Source: a virus
Reading direction: 5' to 3' (one strand)
Virus record (IMG/VR): IMGVR_UViG_3300046804_003510
Coordinates: 5,505-69,504 of that record
DNA: 64,000 nucleotides
Part shown: one piece after another, positions 40,223 through 49,521 of the stretch
Layout of the letters: every line of letters begins with the position of its first letter
Position numbering within the stretch: position 1 is the stretch's first letter
Translations under genes and position numbers: made by a program
The notes under the pieces: model-generated
The model's database searches: none
What the model was told of the DNA's origin: nothing
The model's input: only the letters and a program-made list of their open reading frames with translations

Positions 40223-40902
40223 AACTAAAGGAACCTATGAAACTTTCTGATAACACTGTTACAATCCTAAAAAACTTTTCTAATATCAATCAGTCTATTC
40301 TGATTAAGAAAGGTTCTCAGATCAAAACTATTTCTGTACTAAGAAACATTTATTCTGTTGCAGATGTAGAGGAAGATTTTCCAAAAGATTTTGCTATCTA
40401 TGATTTGAATGAATTTCTAAATGGTTTGAATCTGCATCAAGACCCTGATCTTGACTTTACTAATGATTCATATCTTACTATTAAAGAAGGTAAGCGTAGG
40501 GTCAAATATTTCTATGCAGATCCAGAAGTAATTGTGTCTCCTCCAGATAAGGATATTGATCTTCCTTCAGAAGATGTGTGTTTTCAACTAGAACACTCTC
40601 AACTGGACAAGTTGATCAAGGCAGCAGCAGTATATAAACTTCCTGATCTTTCTGCTGTAGGAGAAGCAGGAGTTATTCGTCTTGTTGTAAGAGATAAAAA
40701 TAATGAAACTTCCAATGAATATTCAATTGTTGTTGGAGAAACAGATGAAACTTTTGCTCTCAACTTTAAGGTAGAGAATATCAAAATCATTCCAGGATCA
40801 TATGATGTGGTCATCTCCAAAAAACTTTCTGCAAGATTTGTAAACGAACGCTATAATCTCAAGTACTTTATTGCTCTTGAACCTGATTCTACATTTGAAT
40901 GA
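40219..40902 (+). CDS. gp45: Sliding clamp gp45
   Basis: LKNFSNINQSI, FAIYDLNEFL, FKVENIKIIPGSYDV, YFIALEPDS. Confidence 0.95.
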   Translation: MKLKEPMKLSDNTVTILKNFSNINQSILIKKGSQIKTISVLRNIYSVADVEEDFPKDFAIYDLNEFLNGLNLHQDPDLDFTNDSYLTIKEGKRRVKYFYADPEVIVSPPDKDIDLPSEDVCFQLEHSQLDKLIKAAAVYKLPDLSAVGEAGVIRLVVRDKNNETSNEYSIVVGETDETFALNFKVENIKIIPGSYDVVISKKLSARFVNERYNLKYFIALEPDSTFE

Positions 40903-41411
40903 ATATCTTTGTAACTTCTCCCTGGCCTGCTGAAAGTGCTGTCTGCCTTCCTGACAAACATATTGTCAAGATGCCCTTGGAATGTTGTCAAATGCTTTCC
41001 ATTGTGGCATCTGAAAAATGGGGTCATGGATATGGTCATCTTTATAAGTCTGATGGAGATCCATACAGAACTGAAAAGGGTGCGTTTCGTAATCATCCCT
41101 GCACCAAATGGGCACTGGAAAGTATCCATAATGCCTATTGGTTAATTAAACATGGATTGAATCTGTGTGATGAATATGCTCTGAGGTATAATAAGTTTCA
41201 TTCTTGTTACAAAACTCTTGTAGATGCATATTACCTATTTCCAAAAGGAAAGATTACAGAGGTGACTTCATTTGTTCGTGCTATGCCTGATGAGTATAAA
41301 CTTGACACAAGTATTGACACTTTTACTGCTTACAAGATGTATATTGCATCCAAACCTTGGGTAGCATCTAATTATCTTCGTATGCCTTCTAGAAAACCTG
41401 ATTGGATTTGA
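40899..41411 (+). CDS. Pyrimidine-dimer DNA glycosylase family protein (DenV-related)
   Basis: MNIF...SA..LPDKHIVKMPLECCQMLS, NHPCTKW, LCDEY..RY.K.H, AMPDEYK. Confidence 0.7.
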   Translation: MNIFVTSPWPAESAVCLPDKHIVKMPLECCQMLSIVASEKWGHGYGHLYKSDGDPYRTEKGAFRNHPCTKWALESIHNAYWLIKHGLNLCDEYALRYNKFHSCYKTLVDAYYLFPKGKITEVTSFVRAMPDEYKLDTSIDTFTAYKMYIASKPWVASNYLRMPSRKPDWI

Positions 41412-41413
41412 TT

Positions 41414-42358
41414 ATGAGTAGTGATTTTCTTTGGGTGGAAAAATATCGTCCAAAAGTAATTGAGGACTGTATTCTTCCTAATGATACTAAAAAAACATTT
41501 CAGGAGTTTGTAGAGAAAGGAGAAATCCCAAATCTTCTTCTTGCTGGACCTCCTGGAGTTGGAAAAACAACTGTAGCAAAAGCTTTATGTAATGAATTAG
41601 GGGCAGATTATTATGTCATCAATGGATCAGATGAAGGACGTTTCCTGGATACTGTCAGGAACCAGGCAAAGAACTTTGCTTCGACCGTCTCACTTACGGG
41701 ATCTTCTAAGCACAAAGTCATTATCATCGATGAAGCTGATAACACAGGGAACGATGTACAACTCCTTCTACGGGCGAATATTGAGACATTTTATAAAAAC
41801 TGTAGATTCATCTTCACCTGTAATTACAAAAACAAAATCATTGAACCCCTTCACTCAAGATGCGCAGTCATTGACTTCACAATCAAGGGGAAACAAAAAT
41901 CCCAGTTGGCAGGATCCTTCTTCAAGCGTCTACAAAACATCTTGGATGAAGAAAGCATCAAATATGATCAAAAAATCATTGCAGAACTCATCAACAAACA
42001 CTTCCCAGATTGGCGAAGAGTCCTCAACGAATGTCAAAAATATTCTTCAGGAGGACAAATTGATGCTGGGATTCTTGCTTCTCTCTCTGACATCTCTGTA
42101 AATGAACTCATCAAACATCTCAAAACAAAGAACTTCCCAGAGGTCAGGAAGTGGGTGGTCTCCAACTTGGACAACGATTCTCCTGTCATTCTTCGCAGGG
42201 TTTATGACTCCTGTTATGACGCTCTTGTTCCCGCCTCTATTCCTGCTGCCGTTCTTGTTATTGCTAAGTATCAATACCAATGTGCGTTCGTGGCTGATCA
42301 GGAAATTAACCTCTTAGCAGCACTAACTGAAATTATGGTGGAGTGTAACTTTAAATGA
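41414..42358 (+). CDS. gp44: Clamp loader large subunit gp44
   Basis: LWVEKYRP, GPPGVGKTT, IIIDEAD, PLHSRC, FPDWRR. Confidence 0.95.
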   Translation: MSSDFLWVEKYRPKVIEDCILPNDTKKTFQEFVEKGEIPNLLLAGPPGVGKTTVAKALCNELGADYYVINGSDEGRFLDTVRNQAKNFASTVSLTGSSKHKVIIIDEADNTGNDVQLLLRANIETFYKNCRFIFTCNYKNKIIEPLHSRCAVIDFTIKGKQKSQLAGSFFKRLQNILDEESIKYDQKIIAELINKHFPDWRRVLNECQKYSSGGQIDAGILASLSDISVNELIKHLKTKNFPEVRKWVVSNLDNDSPVILRRVYDSCYDALVPASIPAAVLVIAKYQYQCAFVADQEINLLAALTEIMVECNFK

Positions 42359-42498
42359 AATGTCAAGTACAACTTTATGTTGCTGGTACAGTATTCTATG
42401 AAACTGTAATTGCTAAAGATTATAAGGAAGCAAAGGAAGTTGCCCTTGCCCGTAATCCAAATGCTAAAGTAATAGCAGTTAATGTAGTATTCAAATGA
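42355..42498 (+). CDS. Small conserved hypothetical protein (47 aa; not in the ORF track)
   Basis: Read by hand: MKCQVQLYVAGTVFYETVIAKDYKEAKEVALARNPNAKVIAVNVVFK; ATGA overlaps at both ends. Confidence 0.75.
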   Translation: MKCQVQLYVAGTVFYETVIAKDYKEAKEVALARNPNAKVIAVNVVFK

Positions 42499-43331
42499 AC
42501 AAACTTAAGACTCCTTTAAGATATCCTGGAGGAAAATCCAGAGCAGTTCCTAAACTGTTCCAACATCTTCCTGATCTGAAAAATTATAATCAGTTTAGAG
42601 AACCATTTGTTGGTGGTGGTTCAGCAGCACTTGAAGTGACTAAAAGATATCCAGATATTTCTATTTGGGTTAATGATCTTTATGAACCTCTTGTGAACTT
42701 CTGGCAACAACTCCAAATGTTTGGAGATGATCTCAAAGAAATGCTAATTGATAAAAAGTTGGTTCACCATACTCCCAAGTTTGCTAAGAATCTTTTTCTT
42801 GAGTGTAAGACTGATTTAAATGATTTAAATCAACCAGCACTATATCGTGCAGCAGCATTTTATATTGTTAATAAATGTTCTTTTAGTGGACTTACAGAAA
42901 GTTCCTCTTTTTCAGCACAAGCTTCAGAGAACAACTTCTCTATGAGAGGAATTGAAAGATTGCCAGAATATTCCAAACTAATTGCTAATTGGAAGATTAC
43001 TAATTACTCTTATGATTATATTTTAGAAGATCATAATCCAAAAGCATTTATCTATATGGATCCTCCATATGATATTAAAGACAATCTTTATGGAAACAAA
43101 GGGTCTATGCACAAGTCATTTGATCATGATAAGTTTGCAGAAGATTGTAATAAGTATGAGTTTGATATGATGATTAGTTATAATTCAGATCAACTTGTAA
43201 AACAAAGATTTTCTCAGAGTTGGTGGAAGGCAATTGAGTTTGCTCATACCTACACTATGAGATCTGTTGGAGATTATATGAAAGACCAACATGAACGAAA
43301 AGAATTAATTTTGATTAATTATGAGTTATGA
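42495..43331 (+). CDS. dam: Dam-family DNA adenine methyltransferase
   Basis: PLRYPGGKS, EPFVGGGS, NDL, DPPY, MISYN motifs (D12 class); target specificity not determinable from sequence by eye. Confidence 0.85.
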   Translation: MNKLKTPLRYPGGKSRAVPKLFQHLPDLKNYNQFREPFVGGGSAALEVTKRYPDISIWVNDLYEPLVNFWQQLQMFGDDLKEMLIDKKLVHHTPKFAKNLFLECKTDLNDLNQPALYRAAAFYIVNKCSFSGLTESSSFSAQASENNFSMRGIERLPEYSKLIANWKITNYSYDYILEDHNPKAFIYMDPPYDIKDNLYGNKGSMHKSFDHDKFAEDCNKYEFDMMISYNSDQLVKQRFSQSWWKAIEFAHTYTMRSVGDYMKDQHERKELILINYEL

Positions 43332-43707
43332 ATTGAATGATTGGTTAAGGTCAATTAATCAATCTAAAGTTAATATTATGGATGAAGATCCCTCTTCTAC
43401 AAAGGACTATCCTCCTTATATTATTAATAGGTGTTTATCTGGAACTATTGATACTTTGATGTATGCTAATGAAATGAATAAGAATCATTCATTAGATAAG
43501 AAGTTACAATATGACTTTTTTATAAATACTGTGAGAACAAGGAAAAGATATTCTCCTTGGATTAGACAAGAAAAGATCAAAGAACTTGAAGTAGTCAAAT
43601 CTTACTATGGTTATAGTAATGAAAAGGCAAAACAGGCTTTGAAAATTCTTTCCAAAGAACAAATTACCTTTATTAAATCTAAACTTGAAACTGGAGGAAG
43701 AAAATGA
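43321..43707 (+). CDS. gp62: Clamp loader small subunit gp62
   Basis: YPPYIINRCLS, ANEMN, LQYDF, VKSYYGYSNEKA. Confidence 0.9.
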   Translation: MSYELNDWLRSINQSKVNIMDEDPSSTKDYPPYIINRCLSGTIDTLMYANEMNKNHSLDKKLQYDFFINTVRTRKRYSPWIRQEKIKELEVVKSYYGYSNEKAKQALKILSKEQITFIKSKLETGGRK

Positions 43708-44144
43708 GCGTCGTAAATGAACCAGAAGTGAAGTGGTCGCCAGACCAAATGGTAGAAGTAACCTTAAATGAACCAGATGATTTTCTGAAAGTTCGTGAAA
43801 CTCTGACTAGAATTGGTGTTGCTTCTCGTAAAGAAAAGAAGTTATATCAATCTTGCCATATCCTCCATAAGCAAGGAAGATATTATTTGGTCCATTTCAA
43901 AGAACTGTTTGCTCTGGATGGCAAACATGCCAATTTGACAGTGAATGATGTTCAAAGAAGGAATAGAATCATTCAACTTCTTGCAGATTGGGGACTGATT
44001 ACTATCAATAATGTCAGTAAGATTCAAGATCTTGCACCACTGAATCAAATCAAGGTTCTTTCATATAAAGATAAAGATGATTGGATTCTTGAGACCAAAT
44101 ATAATATTGGGTCTAAGAAAAAAAGAGTAGGGGAAACTGAATAA
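43704..44144 (+). CDS. regA: Translational repressor RegA
   Basis: PDDFLKVRETLTRIGVAS, LYQSCHILHKQGRYY.VHFKELF.LDG. Confidence 0.95.
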   Translation: MSVVNEPEVKWSPDQMVEVTLNEPDDFLKVRETLTRIGVASRKEKKLYQSCHILHKQGRYYLVHFKELFALDGKHANLTVNDVQRRNRIIQLLADWGLITINNVSKIQDLAPLNQIKVLSYKDKDDWILETKYNIGSKKKRVGETE

Positions 44145-44150
44145 TTTTGT

Positions 44151-44174
44151 AGGGGATTCAACATCCCCTTTTTT
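44151..44174 (+). terminator. Intrinsic terminator after regA
   Basis: AGGGGAT-tcaac-ATCCCCT followed by T run. Confidence 0.8.
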
Positions 44175-44185
44175 ATTGTTTGTTG

Positions 44186-44251
44186 TATAATTAATAATGG
44201 ATGCCTTATGGGTCCACAAAACACAAACTCGCTTTAAAAGGAGCTGCCATA
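44186..44251 (+). promoter_or_regulatory. hsp20 promoter -10 and structured 5' UTR (ROSE-like thermometer candidate)
   Basis: TATAAT at 44186-44191; hairpin 44198-44216; CTCGCT (44228-44233) pairs with SD AGGAG (44239-44243) with a bulged G. Confidence 0.55.
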
Positions 44252-44686
44252 ATGACTAACTTAACAAGATATACTGCGTCTGATCTTCCTACACTGATGG
44301 ATAAGATTACTCGTAATAGTATTGGAATGGATGAATATTTTGATAGACTATTTAATCTTCATGAAACCACAACAAACTATCCACCATACAATCTAGTTCA
44401 GGTAAATAATGTAGAATCTCGTTTAGAGATTGCTCTTGCAGGATTTAAAAAGGAGGAAGTAAATGTCTTCACAGAGTATGGAAAACTTTTTGTCGAAGGA
44501 GACAAATCCAGCACTGAACAGAATGGGACGTTTATCCACAAGGGTCTGGCTAGCAGAAGTTTCAAAAGAGCATGGACCCTCTCAGATGACACAGAAGTCA
44601 GAGAAGTCACCTTTGAAGACGGATTACTTGTCATTCGACTAGGAAAGATTGTTCCAGAACATCATGCTCGTAAAGATTATCTATAA
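44252..44686 (+). CDS. hsp20: Small heat shock protein Hsp20
   Basis: NYPPYNL, LEIALAGF, HKGLASRSFKR.W.L, FEDGLL.I.L...PE; AGGAG SD supports ATG 44252 over 44201. Confidence 0.95.
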   Translation: MTNLTRYTASDLPTLMDKITRNSIGMDEYFDRLFNLHETTTNYPPYNLVQVNNVESRLEIALAGFKKEEVNVFTEYGKLFVEGDKSSTEQNGTFIHKGLASRSFKRAWTLSDDTEVREVTFEDGLLVIRLGKIVPEHHARKDYL

Positions 44687-44689
44687 ATA
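44682..44689 (+). promoter_or_regulatory. T4-type late promoter overlapping the hsp20 stop
   Basis: TATAAATA. Confidence 0.55.
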
Positions 44690-44709
44690 TTTTTGAATAT
44701 CGTCGGCGT

Positions 44710-44749
44710 GGGGAAAGGATGACACAGACCATCCTCTTCCCCCCTTTTT
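44710..44749 (+). terminator. Intrinsic terminator / long hairpin after hsp20
   Basis: GGGGAA-AGGATG pairs with CATCCT-c-TTCCCC, followed by T run. Confidence 0.75.
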
Positions 44750-44756
44750 ATAAATA
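44749..44756 (+). promoter_or_regulatory. T4-type late promoter
   Basis: TATAAATA 16 nt upstream of the nucleotidyltransferase start. Confidence 0.75.
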
Positions 44757-44772
44757 TCAATAAAAGGTGTAG

Positions 44773-45498
44773 ATGAAAACATATAGGGGATTTTTTAAAG
44801 AATCCATATCGTTTCAAGTTCATGAACAATTAAATCCTACCTTTTGGGATGGTGAAATGATTCGTCCAAAAGTGAGATCACAACTTAAAAAAATTGCTGC
44901 TGCTTGGATTGATTATGTTGGAATAGAAAAAGGTTCAGTAGAAGATATTTTGCTTTTGGGTGGAAATGCTGGATATAACTATACAAAATATTCTGATTTA
45001 GATTTACATGTAGTGATTGACAGAACTAGAACAGAATGTCCAGATTTGATGTCTGATTACTTTAAAGATAAGAAACAACTTTGGACTTTGACGCATGATA
45101 TTAAAATCTATGGACATTCTGTAGAACCATATGTAGAAGAAGCAGGAAAGAAGCGTAGAAAGAATCAAGGAGTATATTCAATTAAGAATAATAAATGGTT
45201 AGTTTTTCCTGGAAAGTTTACTGGAGAAGTTGATAAGGACTTGATTAAAGAGAAAGTTTCTGATATGATGAGTAAGATTGACAGTGTAATCAAACATGCT
45301 AACAATCCATCAGTATTAGAAAATCTTCTCAAAAAAATTAGAGATATGAGAAATGCTGGATTGGATAAATCTGGTGAATTTGCTTTTGAGAATCTTGTAT
45401 TCAAGGAACTTAGAAACAAAGGTTACATTGATAAACTTGCTGATCACATTATAAAATTACAAGATAAGTCGTTAACTTTGGAAAATTATGTCTGTTAA
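44773..45498 (+). CDS. Pol-beta superfamily nucleotidyltransferase
   Basis: LLLGGNAGYNYTKYSDLDLHVV matches hG[G/S]x9-13DhDh; downstream acidic residue in VEPY; N-terminus MKTYRGFFKE. Confidence 0.7.
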   Translation: MKTYRGFFKESISFQVHEQLNPTFWDGEMIRPKVRSQLKKIAAAWIDYVGIEKGSVEDILLLGGNAGYNYTKYSDLDLHVVIDRTRTECPDLMSDYFKDKKQLWTLTHDIKIYGHSVEPYVEEAGKKRRKNQGVYSIKNNKWLVFPGKFTGEVDKDLIKEKVSDMMSKIDSVIKHANNPSVLENLLKKIRDMRNAGLDKSGEFAFENLVFKELRNKGYIDKLADHIIKLQDKSLTLENYVC

Positions 45499-45793
45499 AC
45501 TTTTGATTCTTAAATCATATGAAGATGTGATTGCTGATGTCAAAGAAATGATTTCTGGGGATAAGGTAGTTGGATATGTCCTCGGAAATCCATATTTGGT
45601 AAGACTAGAGGATGAGACTGAAAAACTTCCTACAAGAGTTTCATTCTTTCCCTGGGCCCCTCTTTCTAAAGATAAAGCAATTCCAATTCCATGTGATTGG
45701 GTAGTGTCTATTGTAGAACCTCTTGATGAGGTTAAAAATTCTTATTTGGAGCAATTGAATGGAAAATCTGAAAATCTTAATTCTGAAGAATGA
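45488..45793 (+). CDS. Conserved hypothetical protein (Sm-like fold candidate)
   Basis: VKLLILKSYEDVIADV...PWAPLSKD...DWVVSIVEP; usual position upstream of gp43. Confidence 0.7.
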   Translation: MSVKLLILKSYEDVIADVKEMISGDKVVGYVLGNPYLVRLEDETEKLPTRVSFFPWAPLSKDKAIPIPCDWVVSIVEPLDEVKNSYLEQLNGKSENLNSEE

Positions 45794-46022
45794 TGCTATT
45801 CTCATCACAGAAGTTGAAGAAGTAGAAACTGAACTTGGAGGTCCTGACTGTAGGTTAAAGAATCCTTGTCAGATGTTTGTTTCTGATGCAACAACATATG
45901 AACTTAAGAAGTGGCCAGTTTTTACTGATCAAAGAGAACTTATGATTCATTCTGATTCTATCTTTACTATTGTAGATCCTAAACCAGATCAAGTTGAACT
46001 TTATTTGAAGGCTATTAAATGA
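45759..46022 (+). CDS. Conserved hypothetical protein (possible paralogue of the upstream gene)
   Basis: LKILILKN...GGPDCRLKNP...HSDSIFTIVDP. Confidence 0.7.
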   Translation: MENLKILILKNDAILITEVEEVETELGGPDCRLKNPCQMFVSDATTYELKKWPVFTDQRELMIHSDSIFTIVDPKPDQVELYLKAIK

Positions 46023-48511
46023 ATTTTTATACGAATGTAGTTCTTGTTGGAAATGAAATACTTTCCAGAGGGTATTCTGACGGAAAACATTATAAGAACA
46101 GAGAAGAGTTTTACCCAACTCTTTATGTAACTTCTGGTAAAAAAACAAAATTCAAAACACTTGAAGGAAAGTATGTAGAACAAGTCAAACCTGGAACCAT
46201 TCGTGAAACAAGAGAGTTCATTAGTAAGTATGAAAATGTAGACAACTTTGAACTATACGGAAATACCAGATACATCAACCAGTATATTTCTGAAAATTTC
46301 AAAGGAGAAATTAAGTTTGATATTACCAAGATTAAACTGATTACAATTGACATTGAGGTGGCATCAGAAAATGGATTCCCTGATGTAAAAAGTTGTAGTG
46401 AAAAAATTCTTACAATCTCTATTCAGGATTATGCCACCAAAGAAATCTTTACTTGGGGAGTCAAACCTTTTGTAAACAAACAGAAGAATGTAACTTATTA
46501 CCAGTGTTCAGATGAAATGGACCTTCTGGATAAGTTCATTTTTTGGTGGGAAGAATATTCTCCAGAGGTGGTTACAGGATGGAATTGTCGTCTTTATGAC
46601 ATTCCATATTTGTATGGAAGATTGTGTAGAGTTCTTGGACAGAAAGTGGCAAAGCAACTTTCTACCTGGGGTATTGTTACAGAAGAAGAAATCACCATTA
46701 AAGGTAGATCACATAATACTTGTGATATTGCTGGTCTGACTGTTCTGGATTATCTTGAGTTGTATACAAAGTTTACCTATACAAATCAAGAATCATATCG
46801 TCTGGATCATATTGCTGAAGTGGAGTTGGGACAAAAGAAACTAGACCACTCTGAATATGATACATTTAAAGAGTTCTATACAAAAAATTGGCAAAAGTTT
46901 GTAGAATATAACATTGTGGACGTGGAACTTGTGGACCGTTTGGAAGACAAGATGAAACTGATTGAACTTGCCATTACTATGGCATATGACTCAAAGGGAA
47001 ACTATAATGATGTATTCTTTCAAGTCAGAACTTGGGATTCAATTATCTACAACTATCTTAAAGAAAAGAATATTGTCATTCCTTTCAAAAAAGAAACTAA
47101 GAAGGATTCTAAATTTGCTGGTGCCTATGTTAAGGAACCTATTCCAGGAAGATATGATTGGGTTGTAAGTTTTGACTTGAACTCACTGTATCCACATTTG
47201 ATTATGCAGTATAACATTAGTCCTGAAACACTTTTGGAAGAAAGGCATCCAAGTGTGACTGTAGAGAAGATCTTAAATGAAACATTAGATTTTTCTCTCT
47301 ATTCTGATTATGCAGTATGTGCCAATGGTGCTATGTATAGGAAGGATGTTCGTGGATTTCTGCCAGAACTCATGGAAAAAATGTATACTGATCGTGTCAT
47401 CTATAAAAAGAAGATGATTCAGGCAAAGAAGAAATACGAAAAGACTCCAACCAAAGAATTAGAAAAAGAAATTGCTAGATGTAATAACATTCAAATGGCA
47501 AAGAAAATTTCTTTGAACTCTGCTTATGGTGCAGTTGGAAATGAGTACTTTAGATATTTCAAACTTGCAAATGCAGAAGCAGTAACTCTTTCTGGTCAAG
47601 TATCTATTAGATGGATTGAAAATAAACTCAATCAATATTTAAATAAAATTCTTAAGACAGGAGATGTTGATTATGTTATTGCTGTGGATACTGATTCTGT
47701 TTATCTCAACATGGGTCCTCTGGTTGAAACTGTATTCAAGGGAAGAGAGAAAACTACTGAAAGCGTTGTCTCGTTCCTTGATAAGATCTGTCAGGTGGAA
47801 TTTGAGAAGTATATTGAAGGTTCTTATCAAGAATTGGCGACCTATGTAAATGCCTATGACCAAAAAATGCAGATGAAACGAGAAAATATTGCTGATCGTG
47901 GAATCTGGACTGCCAAGAAACGTTATATTTTGAATGTTTGGGATAGTGAGGGAGTTAGATATGAAACTCCTAAACTCAAGATGATGGGAATTGAAGCAGT
48001 AAAATCCTCTACTCCTGCTCCATGTAGAGTCAAAATTAAAGAGGCACTCAACATCATCATGAATAAAACTGAAGATGATTTGATTAGTTTTGTAGATAAG
48101 TTCAAGAAGGATTTTCGTAATCTTCCTCCAGAAGAAATTTCTTTTCCAAGATCTGTAAATGAACTTACAAAATATAGATCATCATCTACAATTTACCAAT
48201 CTGGGACGCCTATTCACACAAGAGGAGCTTTGCTGTATAATTACTACATCAGAGACAAAGGATTGGATTCAAAGTATCCATTAATTAATAATGGAGAAAA
48301 AATTAAATTTTGTTATCTTAAAAAGGCAAATCCAATCAGAGAAAATGTAATCTCATTTATCCAACAATTTCCTAAAGAACTTGGACTTGGTAAATATGTA
48401 GATTATGATCTTCAATTTGAAAAAAGTTTTATCGAACCACTCAAAAACATTCTTAATTGTATTGATTGGAACGTAGAAAAAGTAAACACATTAGAATCAC
48501 TATTTGCATAA
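46019..48511 (+). CDS. gp43: Family B DNA polymerase gp43
   Basis: DIEV exonuclease, [29 protein letters not shown] motifs; uninterrupted. Confidence 0.97.
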   Translation: MNFYTNVVLVGNEILSRGYSDGKHYKNREEFYPTLYVTSGKKTKFKTLEGKYVEQVKPGTIRETREFISKYENVDNFELYGNTRYINQYISENFKGEIKFDITKIKLITIDIEVASENGFPDVKSCSEKILTISIQDYATKEIFTWGVKPFVNKQKNVTYYQCSDEMDLLDKFIFWWEEYSPEVVTGWNCRLYDIPYLYGRLCRVLGQKVAKQLSTWGIVTEEEITIKGRSHNTCDIAGLTVLDYLELYTKFTYTNQESYRLDHIAEVELGQKKLDHSEYDTFKEFYTKNWQKFVEYNIVDVELVDRLEDKMKLIELAITMAYDSKGNYNDVFFQVRTWDSIIYNYLKEKNIVIPFKKETKKDSKFAGAYVKEPIPGRYDWVVSFDLNSLYPHLIMQYNISPETLLEERHPSVTVEKILNETLDFSLYSDYAVCANGAMYRKDVRGFLPELMEKMYTDRVIYKKKMIQAKKKYEKTPTKELEKEIARCNNIQMAKKISLNSAYGAVGNEYFRYFKLANAEAVTLSGQVSIRWIENKLNQYLNKILKTGDVDYVIAVDTDSVYLNMGPLVETVFKGREKTTESVVSFLDKICQVEFEKYIEGSYQELATYVNAYDQKMQMKRENIADRGIWTAKKRYILNVWDSEGVRYETPKLKMMGIEAVKSSTPAPCRVKIKEALNIIMNKTEDDLISFVDKFKKDFRNLPPEEISFPRSVNELTKYRSSSTIYQSGTPIHTRGALLYNYYIRDKGLDSKYPLINNGEKIKFCYLKKANPIRENVISFIQQFPKELGLGKYVDYDLQFEKSFIEPLKNILNCIDWNVEKVNTLESLFA

Positions 48512-48513
48512 CT

Positions 48514-49521
48514 ATGGACTTCTTAAAAGATATTGTAAAGGAAATTGGTGGAGAATATACACAACTTGCAGCAGACATTGATGAATCTGAAACTTATGTG
48601 GACACAGGTTCGTACATTTTTAATGCTCTTGCCAGTGGTAGTATATTTGGTGGGGTATCTGGCAATAAGATTACTGCAATCGCAGGTGAAAGTTCTACAG
48701 GAAAAACTTTCTTCTCACTGGCAGTGGTTAAGAATTTTCTTACCAATAATCCTGATGGATACTGCTTGTATTTTGATACTGAAGCAGCAGTAACCAAGTC
48801 CATGTTGGAAAGCAGAGGTCTTGATACCAGTAGGATTGTTGTAGTTAATGTAGTTACTATTGAAGAGTTTAGAAGCAAAGCACTCAAGGCAGTTGATTTG
48901 TATCTCAAGCGCAAAGAAGGTGAACGTAAACCTTGTATGTTTGTTCTTGATTCTTTGGGAATGCTTTCTACAGAGAAAGAAATTGATGATGCCCTGAATG
49001 AAAAACAAGTTCGTGACATGACCAAATCACAATTGGTCAAAGGTGCATTTAGAATGTTGACTCTGAAACTTGGGCAAGCTAAAATTCCTATGATAGTAAC
49101 CAATCATACATATGATGTTGTTGGATCCTACATTCCAACAAAAGAAATGAGTGGTGGTTCTGGACTTAAGTATGCTGCTTCTACAATCATCTATCTTTCT
49201 AAAAAGAAAGAGAAGGATGGAACAGAAGTTGTTGGTAACATCATCAAGGCAACAACTCATAAATCACGCTTGAGTAAAGAAAACAAAACAGTGGAGGTGA
49301 GGTTGTACTATGATGAACGTGGTCTGGATAAGTATTATGGTCTCCTTGATCTTGCTGAAAAATACGAAATCTTTAAGAAAGTGGGAACTCGTTATGATAT
49401 CGGAGATGGTACTTCTCAATTTGGAAAAACTATCATGGAGAATCCAGAGAAGTACTTTACAAAGGAAATCCTCCAAGCCTTGGATGAAGTATCACAAAAA
49501 GAATTTAGATATGGAGGGTGA
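48514..49521 (+). CDS. uvsX: RecA-like recombinase UvsX
   Basis: [34 protein letters not shown]; ATG at 48514 (MDFLKD). Confidence 0.95.
   Translation: MDFLKDIVKEIGGEYTQLAADIDESETYVDTGSYIFNALASGSIFGGVSGNKITAIAGESSTGKTFFSLAVVKNFLTNNPDGYCLYFDTEAAVTKSMLESRGLDTSRIVVVNVVTIEEFRSKALKAVDLYLKRKEGERKPCMFVLDSLGMLSTEKEIDDALNEKQVRDMTKSQLVKGAFRMLTLKLGQAKIPMIVTNHTYDVVGSYIPTKEMSGGSGLKYAASTIIYLSKKKEKDGTEVVGNIIKATTHKSRLSKENKTVEVRLYYDERGLDKYYGLLDLAEKYEIFKKVGTRYDIGDGTSQFGKTIMENPEKYFTKEILQALDEVSQKEFRYGG

Noticed and set aside
41302-41320. Tandem TTGACAC as a possible internal promoter
   Set aside because: No convincing -10 at 16-18 nt; explained by LDT/IDT codons.
43521-43528. TATAAATA inside gp62 (and ATAAATA at 35498 inside uvsW)
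   Set aside because: Could be internal late promoters, but chance matches are likely in AT-rich coding DNA and they are far from the next start codon.
44201-44251. Longer hsp20 N-terminus from ATG 44201
   Set aside because: No SD there and it lies at the predicted transcript start; AGGAG at 44239 fits ATG 44252.
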